Counted from the stretch's first letter, positions 19,469-28,835 are shown. The stretch is DNA of 64,000 bases from Candidatus Omnitrophota bacterium (GCA_015233495.1 JADFXQ010000001.1:2790-66789); one strand, 5' to 3'. A program made the numbers and translations. The notes: generated from the sequence alone by a model not told the origin.

Positions 19469-19497
19469 TTGAAATGTTGCCGTTTAGATGTTATATT
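19469..19497 (+). promoter_or_regulatory. Sigma70-like promoter for the putative antisense sRNA
   Basis: TTGAAA, 17 nt, TG-extended TATATT; predicted TSS about 19503-19504. Confidence 0.55.
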
Positions 19498-19502
19498 TTA
19501 AA

Positions 19503-19569
19503 TGCCTATTCGTTAGGAAAAGCTGTTCCATTAAGCTGCAAACCGCGGTCATTCGACCGCGGTTTTTTT
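19503..19569 (+). ncRNA. Putative small RNA antisense to the atypical tRNA
   Basis: 19504-19540 is complementary to tRNA 19341-19380 (blocks of 12 and 11 nt) and is followed by an intrinsic terminator. Confidence 0.6.
19540..19569 (+). terminator. Rho-independent terminator
   Basis: AAACCGCGGTC ATTC GACCGCGGTTT followed by a T-run. Confidence 0.8.
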
Positions 19570-19585
19570 ATGCGATGTTGATGAT
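19558..19585. repeat. 28-bp direct repeat, copy 1 (duplicate of the addA 3' end)
   Basis: CGCGGTTTTTTTATGCGATGTTGATGAT, identical at 22610-22637. Confidence 0.85.
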
Positions 19586-19606
19586 TTTTCTTTTAACAAC
19601 GAAGGT

Positions 19607-20716
19607 TTAATGAGCCACAATCTTTTTTTGTTTTTCAGTGATTTTTACTGGGATGCTTTCTGGGATGCCAGCCCCCACCGCCATGGCCCAGTAAAAATAC
19701 GCCTCGGGAACAGCGCCTTTAAGCTTCTCAAGGATCTTGAACTTATCAGGGAAAGCGAGATTCTTCACGGCATCCATATCAACCCGCTTGACCAGCTTCC
19801 CGGCCCTGCCCTGACGCAACACACTGATAACATAAACTATTCTGGCAAGTGCAACCTTGATATCCTCTGTCCTCAATTTAGCCCGAAGATAATTGGCGAC
19901 CTTGGCATTGCCATCATTCAAAAGCTTGATCTCCGCAAACGCATCATTGCCTCCACGAACCAGAAATTGCGAATACCGAAATGCAATTTCCTCAATATCG
20001 CTGAAAAGCTCATCGGTGGCATATGCGCTCTGCCTGAACCCGTTCTCGACTGCGACAGTATTCAGAAATGACCGCTTTAACTCCTCCACGTCCTCAACAA
20101 CCTTAAAAAGCTCGCCAAGATCAACGATCTGTTTCATGAACTCCGGCGTCCGATCCTGCTCCAGCGGGATTCCCATCGTCTTCGGCGATATGGCTGTCAA
20201 CTTATCGCCCAAAAGCCCCTCCACAGAAGGGATCCTGACAACGCCTCCTGCGCCGGAAAATGCCATCGGATGCCGGGCGATATCCTTTTCAAAAAACTTC
20301 CCGTAAGGAGCGTCTGTAAAAACCACATCCAATAACACATACTGCTGTAGCTTTGAAAAATGTGACGTGAAAGGAAATTTGAAATGCGCCTTCGGAATCT
20401 TCTTATTCTTTCGGTGGCTCTCTTCGATGCCTTCAAACCATTCGGAATCCGCGGCCATCTGCGCCAACCTCTGCGACAAACCTTCTTTTTCAGCAGGCGG
20501 AAGAAGAATATCGATATCAATCGAAAGTCGTGCCGGTGGAAAAATATGAAGCAACAACGATGTCCCGCCTTTAAAGACAAGACCGGGATAACACTTCACA
20601 ACCTCGCTCAAAAGATTGAACGCGTAAACAGATTTCTCAAATATACCCGGATCCTTAAACCCCAGCTCATTCCTTAAGGATTCCATCCGGTCACGATCAA
20701 TGATCCGCTTTGCCAT
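19607..20716 (-). CDS. AbiEii/AbiGii-family nucleotidyltransferase toxin (type IV TA)
   Basis: LVFKGGTSLLL...RLSIDIDI, GDKLTA and KQIVDL motifs. Confidence 0.88.
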   Translation of the reverse strand: MAKRIIDRDRMESLRNELGFKDPGIFEKSVYAFNLLSEVVKCYPGLVFKGGTSLLLHIFPPARLSIDIDILLPPAEKEGLSQRLAQMAADSEWFEGIEESHRKNKKIPKAHFKFPFTSHFSKLQQYVLLDVVFTDAPYGKFFEKDIARHPMAFSGAGGVVRIPSVEGLLGDKLTAISPKTMGIPLEQDRTPEFMKQIVDLGELFKVVEDVEELKRSFLNTVAVENGFRQSAYATDELFSDIEEIAFRYSQFLVRGGNDAFAEIKLLNDGNAKVANYLRAKLRTEDIKVALARIVYVISVLRQGRAGKLVKRVDMDAVKNLAFPDKFKILEKLKGAVPEAYFYWAMAVGAGIPESIPVKITEKQKKIVAH

Positions 20717-21470
20717 GCCCATCCTTGCCATAGGTTACTTTCGACACATTTTCCAAAAGTGTGCCAAAAGTAACTTCTTTAATGCCAATCTTTTCAATGA
20801 GTTGTGACAATATGACTTCTAGGTTCCTCGAACGTCTGGCATATCTAACCAAGTCCCCCACGTGCACTCTGTAAAAGTCATCGATGCTTTCCAAAAGCTC
20901 CCAATAATCGGCGTCACCCATGGTGGAAAACTTGTCCTTGATGGCAAACAGATCAACAAGCATTTTTTCAACCGCGGGCGAATGACCATGGCGCGGCGAT
21001 CCCTTGAACAATGCTTTGACAACAATCGGATCCTTTGTGATATCAAATCCTTTTGGCGCCAGACGACCGGGCTTATCCACCAGCACATACCGATAATCAC
21101 GGGAAAGACTGTCCGCAACAGAATGAACGCCGTCATATTCCACTTCTACGAACGTAATGTGATGCGTCTGCTGATGGTGATAATACGGCTGGAAGCACAG
21201 CGTATTCCATACAATAAAATCAAGATCAGGATAATGCTTCTTAATCAACCGCTTGATATCAGCCACGCGTCTTTTGTCTTCCGGACGAAATTCTTTCTTG
21301 ATAGAACTATAGATGCCTCGCCCCGCAGGAAACACGATCCCCTCCTGCTTCAACTCCTGCAGATAATTCTTGGCAAGCTGAACGCTGATACCAACCGCTT
21401 TCACAATCTCTACAAGGCTGAAATAGCGATGACTCGTCGCATATTCTTTTAGTAAGACTTTTTTATTCAA
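20697..21470 (-). CDS. AbiEi-like antitoxin (DUF6577-like) with N-terminal wHTH
   Basis: YLQELKQEGIVFPAGRGIY and PAVEKMLVDLF motifs; overlaps the AbiEii gene; TTG start after GAGGTG. Confidence 0.8.
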   Translation of the reverse strand: MNKKVLLKEYATSHRYFSLVEIVKAVGISVQLAKNYLQELKQEGIVFPAGRGIYSSIKKEFRPEDKRRVADIKRLIKKHYPDLDFIVWNTLCFQPYYHHQQTHHITFVEVEYDGVHSVADSLSRDYRYVLVDKPGRLAPKGFDITKDPIVVKALFKGSPRHGHSPAVEKMLVDLFAIKDKFSTMGDADYWELLESIDDFYRVHVGDLVRYARRSRNLEVILSQLIEKIGIKEVTFGTLLENVSKVTYGKDGHGKADH

Positions 21471-21658
21471 CGCGCACCTCTTTCAACTTGCCGTTCGGAG
21501 CTCAATTATACCCTCCCGGAATAAAATGACCACCCGAACAATCCTCCCCTGCAATTTACCGCAACAAATAAACGGTCAATTGTTTGCTTAGGGACTACAA
21601 CGCCATCTTTAACTTGTTCTCATGACTTTCTGCACATCAACGATATACTGCCACCAGT

Positions 21659-22444
21659 TCACAAAATCGGATGATTAAGTTGGATATGTTCCCGGGCTTT
21701 GATTTCAGCAAGATCGAAAAATGCCGATACCATGCGATTAAGACGGAACAATTCATCTTCTTTCAGATAATTTTTGGCGATTTTAGTTTCTGATTTTATC
21801 GGGATCTCACCGGCAAAAATCGTTAACCCCATAAAATCTTTTTCCGCATCTATCCGCGAATAAATCGTTTCCGCGCTTTTGGCATCATAATCAATGCTTG
21901 TCGAGTATAAGTCCAGCACCTGGCGATATAACACCTTGTCGCTGCTGCGGATATCGCGAATCCGGTCGAGCAGTTCCTTCCAGTAATTCCCCCCACCCAG
22001 ATTTTTAAGCCGCTCGTCATCCATGGTGAAACCCTTGACAATATACCCCAGCAAACGCGCGGTAGCCCACTGCCTGAAACGGGTAGCAATGGATGATTTG
22101 CTACGGTATCCTAATGAAATAATCATATCAAGATTGTAATGCTCGATATCATAGTTTTTGCCGTCTGGGGCAGTTGTTCGGAATTTCCGAACAACTGAAT
22201 TTTTATCCAACTCTCTCTCTTCAAAAATATGCTTGATATGTTCGCTGACATTTGCTTTGCTGGATTGAAACAAGTCAACCATTTGTGCTTGAGTCAGCCA
22301 TACTGTTTCATGTTCAACCCGCACAAAAAAACGCAGGTTCCCATCACCATTTTCATAGATGATGATTTCATGATCTGAATAGCTGTTTGCTTTAGCTGGT
22401 TTTTTAATGTATTCATGCGATTTTGTCCCCTCTATATCAGACAC
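21659..22444 (-). pseudogene. RhuM-family protein, internally deleted and 3'-truncated
   Basis: ETVWLTQAQM, YNLDMIISLGYR, FRQWAT, KGFTMDDERLK and IRDIRSS motifs; the usual VQNKLH block and C-terminus are not seen. Confidence 0.7.
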
Positions 22445-22512
22445 TGTCTCATCAATCGCCGTGCGCAGTTTGTTTTGCCGGGCAACAATGACTTTGATCT
22501 CGGCATGGTAAA
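22425..22512 (-). pseudogene. Remnant of the type I R-M HsdM C-terminus
   Basis: Frame reads YHAEIKVIVARQNKLRTAIDETVSDIEG, resembling the terminal helix of HsdM subunits. Confidence 0.5.
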
Positions 22513-22609
22513 TGCCAGATCGGCCTTGCTCTTTGGCGCCAAATCTGCCCGTATGTTGGCACTCACAATAATCAACATCTGATGAATTATAACAATTTTT
22601 GAGCTATTT

Positions 22610-22637
22610 CGCGGTTTTTTTATGCGATGTTGATGAT
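22610..22637. repeat. 28-bp direct repeat, copy 2 (addA stop region)
   Basis: Identical to 19558-19585. Confidence 0.85.
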
Positions 22638-25600
22638 ATTCCTTTCGTCCAAATAGACCAGCTTGGCTTTAATGTTTTTATCCGGATATATTTCCTTGAT
22701 CGTATGCATATATTCCTCGGCCTGGGACCGGTGCTCCTGTGCGTAGGGTTCGCCGGTTTTAAATTCGATCACGGTCACGGTTTTCCGGTCAATCACGAGC
22801 CGGTCGATCCGGCGCAAATAGCCGTGACTGCCTACGATGTTGACTTCCGTGCAGACTTGCGCTGGGCCGCAATGAAAGATTTCGTGGAACGCGGGGTCTT
22901 GGATTACGGATAAAATTTCGTTGGCGCTGATTTCTTCGCGGGGCGATGACGGGCGCCCACTATCCTGCCTGCCGTGGCAGGGGGCGCCCCCACGAACAGT
23001 TGCCTTTTCCCGGCCAATAAATTCTGCGAATGATTTTGCCTCGGCCGGATCGGCTAAATTCCCGATGGCCGCCAACACTTCGTGCCAGGCTTCGCCGCGT
23101 CGGCGGGATTGCCTACGGGATAAAGTATCGCTGGTCGCGATTTCTTCCCGGATAAAGTCGGTCCAGTCTTGATAGTGCGGAGAAGGCAACACTCGCCCCT
23201 GCCCTTCGCTCTGGGCAAGCTGTCCCTCCCCAACAGAGGGCGAGGGGATCGCGTTACCAAACCAATTCTCCGGGATCAAATGTTTAATCAGATTCTGACT
23301 GTTCCCCGCCTTGGCCGGCACAAAGGCGTAAAGCTCGTCCTGGGCCCGGGTCAACGCCACATAGACGCTGTTCAATTCGGAAATGAGCGATTGACGATAT
23401 TCCTGCCGATAAATGTCGGCGAGGTCGGCGGAATAGGCTGTATAGGAATCTTTCAAACGAAGCAAGGCCATTTCATCACCCTGCTCTTCGATCACGAACG
23501 AACGTTTCTGATCATGGGCGTTTCCGCCAACCGTGATATCCATTTCCAAAAACGGCAGAATGACCGCGCGGAATTCCAGTCCCTTGGCCTTGTGCACAGT
23601 GAGCACCTGCACCGCGTCGTCCCCGCCGGAAGTGACATAAAAATCCTCGCCTTCGCTATTGTCAAAAAACTCTAAAAAACTTTCCGCATCCGGGCATTCA
23701 CTTTCCTGACGTTTTAACAAATCTAAAAAATGCATGAAAAATCCCTGGGCCTCCGGGAATATCTCCAGACAACGATATCGGGCATACAAACCGGTCAGCA
23801 GTTCATAAAGCGGAAAAACGCCGATGTTTTTAAAAAACGGCTCGATGAATTCAACCCAGGCCTGCGGAAAATGTTCGCGAAAATCAATGTATAAATAATG
23901 CTCCTTGCGGGCCGACCGCGATTGCCGGCGGCCGAACAGGAAATCCGCCATCTCTTGTTCCGTGATCCCGGCCGGCCGCCGGAAAAACGCGCTCGACACA
24001 AACCGGGCGAAATATTGATCTTCAACGGGCTGATGCAAAAAACGCAGAAACCAAAGCATTTCCTCGATCCGCGGATGCCGGCGAATGTCTGCGGTGCGCT
24101 CGGAATACACAGGAATTCCGAATTCCAGCAACCAGCTCGCGATCGTTTCCACCTGCTGATTGGTGCGGGTCAGAATCGCGACTTTGCCCAAAGGATACCG
24201 GGTCAATAATTCTTCCAATAAAGTCCGCATTTGCTCCCGGATGATTGTGTTGCGCTCCTCCTTCACCCTCGCTTCCACTGTTACAATCCGGACACAACCG
24301 CCCGCTTTTTCCGGCAAAGCGCTTTGCCGGCTGTTTTCAAACACCTGCTCAACCGCCCGCCGGTCTTCCGCGGTCAATCCGATATTTCCTTTTCCGGCAA
24401 CCGGTTCCGCGTTTAAAAATTGCCGCAAATTCTCCAAGGAAAAAACCGCGTTGTTCAAGTCAATGATCGCCGACCGGCTGCGCCGATTTAAAGAGAGGTA
24501 TTCTTCCCGGCTGTTAAACGCTTGAAACCGCTGTTGCACTTCGTCGAACAAGCGCGCGTCCCCGCCGCGAAACCGATAAATCGCCTGCTTTTTATCGCCG
24601 ACATAAAACAAAGTCCCGCCCGAAGACAAGGCCTCTTCCGGAAGCGGCGCGAGATTCTGCCATTGCAGCCGGCTGGTGTCCTGGAATTCATCGACGAGAT
24701 AATGCCGAAACCGCGCGGACAGCCGGTAATATATTTCCTCAACGGTCATCCCTTTCCGGCCGACTAAATGACTCGCCTTTTTATTCAGCTCCGATAAAAA
24801 AAGGATATCTTCCCGGCTGGCGCGGATCGCGAATTCCGCCGCAACCTCTCCATAGAGCCGGATGTACGCGTCAAACAATGACCGGGACTCTGTCTCGCAT
24901 ACGATCTGCAAACCATCCTGGATCGCCGGCCATAAACGCCTGACTTCCGACGGGATTTCGGCTCCCTTATTCACCGGCACTTCCTCCCGCCGAAAATAAT
25001 CCGATACAGAGTCGATATCAAACCCACGGGAGTGTAGGCTTAAAAATTTCTCCAACGCCGCGCGAAACGACTTGTGCGTCTTATCCGGAAGATTTTCCCG
25101 CAATTGTTTCATCATCACCAATATTTTTTGCTTCCGCCCGATGATGTCCTTGCCGGAAAAACCGCTCAACGCGAACGGCCGGCCATAGGTATTATCCAAA
25201 TGAAACAGCACGCCTAAGATGTCCAGTCCGTCTTTTTTCGGAAACCAGCCCGAGCGGTTTTCTAAAAACAGATATTGATGAATAAAATCCTCCAGCAAAG
25301 CAGCCGCGCCCGGTTCCCGGCGGGCCCGGTCAATCACCTGGTCCAAACTGTATTCCAAATAATCCTTTGCGCCGGTGCGGATGCGGAAATTGGCGGTCAA
25401 CCCGATGTGATAAGAACTGCTGACCAGAAGCAAATTGATGAATTGGTCAATAGTCTGTACGGCAAAAGCGTTGTAATGCCGCGGCAATTGGTCCATGACG
25501 GACAAGGCCAAAGACCGGGCTGTCGCGTCATCAATCCCGGCCGGGCCCAGAAACGCGGGCAGTTGCACCTTGTCCATCTTGCCCAAAGCCAATTGTTTCA

Positions 25601-25808
25601 AGAATAAAAAAATCCGCTCTTTCATTTCAAAAGCGGCTTTATTCGTGAAGGTCACGGCGAGAATATCCTGATAGGGAATCGGATCCCCAGCCGCGGCATT
25701 GCGCAAAAGCAATTGCACATACCGCTTAGCCAAGGCATAAGTCTTGCCCGACCCAGCCGAAGCCTCAACCACCAAAACTTCCGGAGATTCAATCATATTC
25801 GAGCCCAT
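22620..25808 (-). CDS. addA: AddA/RexA-like UvrD helicase-nuclease
   Basis: ASAGSGKT, VTFTNKAA, VDEFQDTS, VGDKKQAIYRFRG, TVHKAKGLEF, YVALTRA and RIDRL...EFKTG motifs. Confidence 0.92.
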   Translation of the reverse strand: MGSNMIESPEVLVVEASAGSGKTYALAKRYVQLLLRNAAAGDPIPYQDILAVTFTNKAAFEMKERIFLFLKQLALGKMDKVQLPAFLGPAGIDDATARSLALSVMDQLPRHYNAFAVQTIDQFINLLLVSSSYHIGLTANFRIRTGAKDYLEYSLDQVIDRARREPGAAALLEDFIHQYLFLENRSGWFPKKDGLDILGVLFHLDNTYGRPFALSGFSGKDIIGRKQKILVMMKQLRENLPDKTHKSFRAALEKFLSLHSRGFDIDSVSDYFRREEVPVNKGAEIPSEVRRLWPAIQDGLQIVCETESRSLFDAYIRLYGEVAAEFAIRASREDILFLSELNKKASHLVGRKGMTVEEIYYRLSARFRHYLVDEFQDTSRLQWQNLAPLPEEALSSGGTLFYVGDKKQAIYRFRGGDARLFDEVQQRFQAFNSREEYLSLNRRSRSAIIDLNNAVFSLENLRQFLNAEPVAGKGNIGLTAEDRRAVEQVFENSRQSALPEKAGGCVRIVTVEARVKEERNTIIREQMRTLLEELLTRYPLGKVAILTRTNQQVETIASWLLEFGIPVYSERTADIRRHPRIEEMLWFLRFLHQPVEDQYFARFVSSAFFRRPAGITEQEMADFLFGRRQSRSARKEHYLYIDFREHFPQAWVEFIEPFFKNIGVFPLYELLTGLYARYRCLEIFPEAQGFFMHFLDLLKRQESECPDAESFLEFFDNSEGEDFYVTSGGDDAVQVLTVHKAKGLEFRAVILPFLEMDITVGGNAHDQKRSFVIEEQGDEMALLRLKDSYTAYSADLADIYRQEYRQSLISELNSVYVALTRAQDELYAFVPAKAGNSQNLIKHLIPENWFGNAIPSPSVGEGQLAQSEGQGRVLPSPHYQDWTDFIREEIATSDTLSRRQSRRRGEAWHEVLAAIGNLADPAEAKSFAEFIGREKATVRGGAPCHGRQDSGRPSSPREEISANEILSVIQDPAFHEIFHCGPAQVCTEVNIVGSHGYLRRIDRLVIDRKTVTVIEFKTGEPYAQEHRSQAEEYMHTIKEIYPDKNIKAKLVYLDERNIINIA
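22948..22993. repeat. REP-like palindrome inserted in frame in addA
   Basis: GACGGGCGCCCACTATCCTGCCTGCCGTGGCAGGGGGCGCCCCCAC; translated RGGAPCHGRQDSGRPS. Confidence 0.7.
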
Positions 25809-25823
25809 TTTCAGCCAATCGGG

Positions 25824-26762
25824 TTAAACCGCGGCGGTTAACGTTTCCAATATTTTTAGGTTCAACGCCTGATTAATTTTTTGTATCGCGGCAATCGAAT
25901 GTCCTGCTGCGCTAAATTCCCGGGGATGATCAAAACGGGAAACCAAAGTTTTAAACAGTCCGCGGGTCAGCGGCGGGGAATAATCCCCGGTTATGTCCAA
26001 ACCTAAAATATCATAATTTTTCCGGAAAGTCCGCAATAAGAAAAGTAAGTCAGCGAGCGGGAAACGACCCGTTTCCCAATTCGTTAAGGAACAATCGCCA
26101 GGCAGGCAGTCTTTATCAATGCTGATATAAATTTTATCCGTAAGGATACGCTCGCGCAACAGCTGGACGATCTCGGACGCGTTAAAGCGCGCTAATTCCC
26201 GCCAATAAATCTTCGCGCCGCATATACCGCGCTCAACCCGGATGCACGGATTGTCCAATGGCACTTTTTTAAATAAGGTCATGGTGGAGGCGCGCGCGTA
26301 AGGATAGATTTCCAGCCGGTTATTGTCCAGAGCGCTCAAGTTTCCCGCTTGAATCGAGAATTCAGAAATATCTTCGGAAGCAATGCCGAGTAAAATCACT
26401 TTTTGCACATTCGGCATTTTAAGAATCCGCGTCACCCAGGAGCCGCAGCCCATGGCCGGAGGAAAAATATCCCAATCCGGATGATGGTCAAAAACAATGA
26501 CAGTGAGAGGTTCCAAAAATTGTTCGAGAAGAACACTGGAAAGATGATGAAAATCGCCGGAGCCCAAAAATGTCGCGTCCCCGCGCGACTCCGGCGATAA
26601 AACCGCGCGCAGCAGCGCGGCGTCCCGGTCATTTGACCAGAGCCGCAGCCGCGGACCCCAAGCCCGCAAATCGATCACCGCGGGCGCAAAACGCCGGACT
26701 AGGTCTGGCTGACGGGCAACGGAATCATCGAGATTTAATATCCGAATCTTGCCGGTAAGCAT
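25824..26762 (-). CDS. Arginase/ureohydrolase-fold metallohydrolase
   Basis: GSGDFHHL, VFDHHPD and YISIDKD metal-binding motifs. Confidence 0.75.
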   Translation of the reverse strand: MLTGKIRILNLDDSVARQPDLVRRFAPAVIDLRAWGPRLRLWSNDRDAALLRAVLSPESRGDATFLGSGDFHHLSSVLLEQFLEPLTVIVFDHHPDWDIFPPAMGCGSWVTRILKMPNVQKVILLGIASEDISEFSIQAGNLSALDNNRLEIYPYARASTMTLFKKVPLDNPCIRVERGICGAKIYWRELARFNASEIVQLLRERILTDKIYISIDKDCLPGDCSLTNWETGRFPLADLLFLLRTFRKNYDILGLDITGDYSPPLTRGLFKTLVSRFDHPREFSAAGHSIAAIQKINQALNLKILETLTAAV

Positions 26763-26779
26763 CCGTCACCTCGATTGAT

Positions 26780-28180
26780 TTAACGGGTCTGGGCAATCCC
26801 TTTAAGCAGAGCCTCTTCAAAAAGATCAGTCGCGAGGTCCATTTCCGCTTCGCTGATGTACAAAGACGGCGCCAAGGTAAAAACGTTTTTATAATATCCG
26901 CCCACGTCTAAGACCAAACCGCGGCGTTTGCCGCCGGCGGTCAGTTTGCCGCTTAACCCGATATTCATGATCGCGTCGGTCAAGGCGCGGTTCGGCGTGA
27001 AACCGTCGGCTTGACACAACTCGATGCGGATCGCCAGCCCTAAACCTTCAACCTCGCCGACCTGCGGATATTTTTTCTTGAGGGTCTTAAGCCGGTCCAA
27101 AAAATATTTGCCCTTAGCCGGAACCGTCTCGCGGAAATTTTCTTCTTCCACCATCCGCATCACTTCCAGCCCGGTAGCCGTGCCTAAAGGATTGGAAGAA
27201 AACGTGGAATGCGTCGATCCCGGCGGAAAAACTTCCGGCGAGATCAGCGCCTCTTTCGCCCAGATCGCAGAAATCGGATTTAGGCCGTTGGTCAAGGCCT
27301 TGCCAAAAACCATTACATCCGGCACCACGCCAAAATGCTCAATCGCCCAGAGTTTGCCGGAGCGGTAAAAGCCCATCTGAATCTCGTCATCAACCAGCAG
27401 GACTTTATAACGGTCGAGGATTTTTTTCAATTCCCGGAAATAATCCTTAGGCGGAATAATATACCCGGCCGTGGCCTGAATCGGCTCGATAAAAAACGCC
27501 CCGAATTCGCAATGCTGGTTCTTGGTGTTGACCAAGGCGTAATATTCCGACTCAAACAATTTTTCAAACTGCCGCAAACACGCCATGCCGCAGGTTTCTT
27601 TCTGCATACCTAAATGACAACGGAAACAATAGGGATAGGGAATAAAATTCGCCCGGTCGCCGAAATGGCCAAAGCGTTCGCGGTAACGATAACTCGAGGT
27701 GATCGAAGTCGCGCCCAGCGTCCGGCCGTGATAACTGCCCATAAAAGCAAAGACCAGATTCTTTTTCGCGTGATTACGCACGACCTTCATCGCGTCTTCT
27801 ATCGCCGAGGCGCCGCCGACGTTAAAATGCACCCGGCCTTTTTCCTGAAAAGTCTTTTCAATGCCCCGGGCGATTTTGGCGGAAAGCAGTATCTTTTCCT
27901 TATGCAAATACTGGCAAGCCAATTGCGGCAGAGTTTCCACCTGCTTTAGCAAAGCAGCTTTAACCCGGGGATTATTATAGCCAAAAGTCGCCGCCGAGTA
28001 CCACATCTGCAAGTCGAGAAACGGCGTATCTTCCTCGTCATAAAGATAACTGCCTTCACAACGGGTAAAAATATTTATCTCTTTAGCGTAATGCACGGTG
28101 TCGCCCCAGGAACAATACCGCGACTCCAGGTCCAGCAGGTTTTCCTTATCTTCTGGTTTTTTTTGTTTGGGCTGAATCAT
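26780..28180 (-). CDS. Class III PLP-dependent aminotransferase
   Basis: SYHGRT, FIEPIQ, DDEIQMGFYRSG, PDVMVFGKALTNG and HSTFSSNP motifs. Confidence 0.92.
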   Translation of the reverse strand: MIQPKQKKPEDKENLLDLESRYCSWGDTVHYAKEINIFTRCEGSYLYDEEDTPFLDLQMWYSAATFGYNNPRVKAALLKQVETLPQLACQYLHKEKILLSAKIARGIEKTFQEKGRVHFNVGGASAIEDAMKVVRNHAKKNLVFAFMGSYHGRTLGATSITSSYRYRERFGHFGDRANFIPYPYCFRCHLGMQKETCGMACLRQFEKLFESEYYALVNTKNQHCEFGAFFIEPIQATAGYIIPPKDYFRELKKILDRYKVLLVDDEIQMGFYRSGKLWAIEHFGVVPDVMVFGKALTNGLNPISAIWAKEALISPEVFPPGSTHSTFSSNPLGTATGLEVMRMVEEENFRETVPAKGKYFLDRLKTLKKKYPQVGEVEGLGLAIRIELCQADGFTPNRALTDAIMNIGLSGKLTAGGKRRGLVLDVGGYYKNVFTLAPSLYISEAEMDLATDLFEEALLKGIAQTR

Positions 28181-28835
28181 TCAACTCTCCTTCCAAGTAG
28201 AGGTAAACGTCTTTTAAATCTTTAAAAGCCGCGCACTTGATCTTTTTCGCTTGAAAATATTTTAACAAGGTGTCTTTGGCAAAAACCACATCCGCGAACT
28301 GGGCGGCGCAAATATCCGAGCGGCCGTCCCCGATATAAACACAATGTTTGCCCCGGCCCGTCTTGTCCACGACGTGGCCGCGCTTGCAATTGGCGCATTT
28401 TCCGCAAGCCGCGCTATGATGCGGAAATTCCGGAATCAACCGGTCGGCGCGAAACCACAGACGATTGGAAAAAATTTTTAAGCCGTATTGGCCGTTGATC
28501 CCGTTATTTTTTAAAATAGTTTCAATCAAAAAAGAAAAACTGTCACTGACAATCACCGGGGCGATACCGCGGCCTTTAAGCAAATCAAGAATCGGGATAA
28601 AATACGGATCAACCTTAATCTGCGACAAATAGGAAAGCAAACGCGGTTTATCCACCCGAATCGAGCGCAATTGACCTTCCAGACATTGTTTGGAAGTGAT
28701 GCGGCCCTTTGCCCAGTCCGCCTCCAGGATCTCCCATTCTTTGTCCTGGGAAAACCGCTGAATCAGGTCATCCAAAACGTCAAACGAGGTAATAGTATTG
28801 TCAAAATCCAAAAATACCCGGGTCTCCCGATCCAT
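28146..28835 (-). CDS. MtnX-like HAD-IB phosphatase
   Basis: FLDFDNTIT, IVSDS, CANCK and YIGDGRSD motifs. Confidence 0.88.
   Translation of the reverse strand: MDRETRVFLDFDNTITSFDVLDDLIQRFSQDKEWEILEADWAKGRITSKQCLEGQLRSIRVDKPRLLSYLSQIKVDPYFIPILDLLKGRGIAPVIVSDSFSFLIETILKNNGINGQYGLKIFSNRLWFRADRLIPEFPHHSAACGKCANCKRGHVVDKTGRGKHCVYIGDGRSDICAAQFADVVFAKDTLLKYFQAKKIKCAAFKDLKDVYLYLEGELNDSAQTKKTRR

Noticed and set aside
19321-19503. Possible pairing of the tRNA 5' leader (ATTTGTAAATTTAAC) with 19490-19503 (GTTATATTTTAAAT)
   Set aside because: Imperfect and very AT-rich; cannot be distinguished from chance without folding and covariation data.
19504-19540. Interpretation of the partial tRNA copy as an attR integration scar
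   Set aside because: It is inverted relative to the tRNA, covers the D and anticodon arms rather than the 3' end, lies only ~100 bp away, and has its own promoter-like and terminator signals. Not fully excluded.
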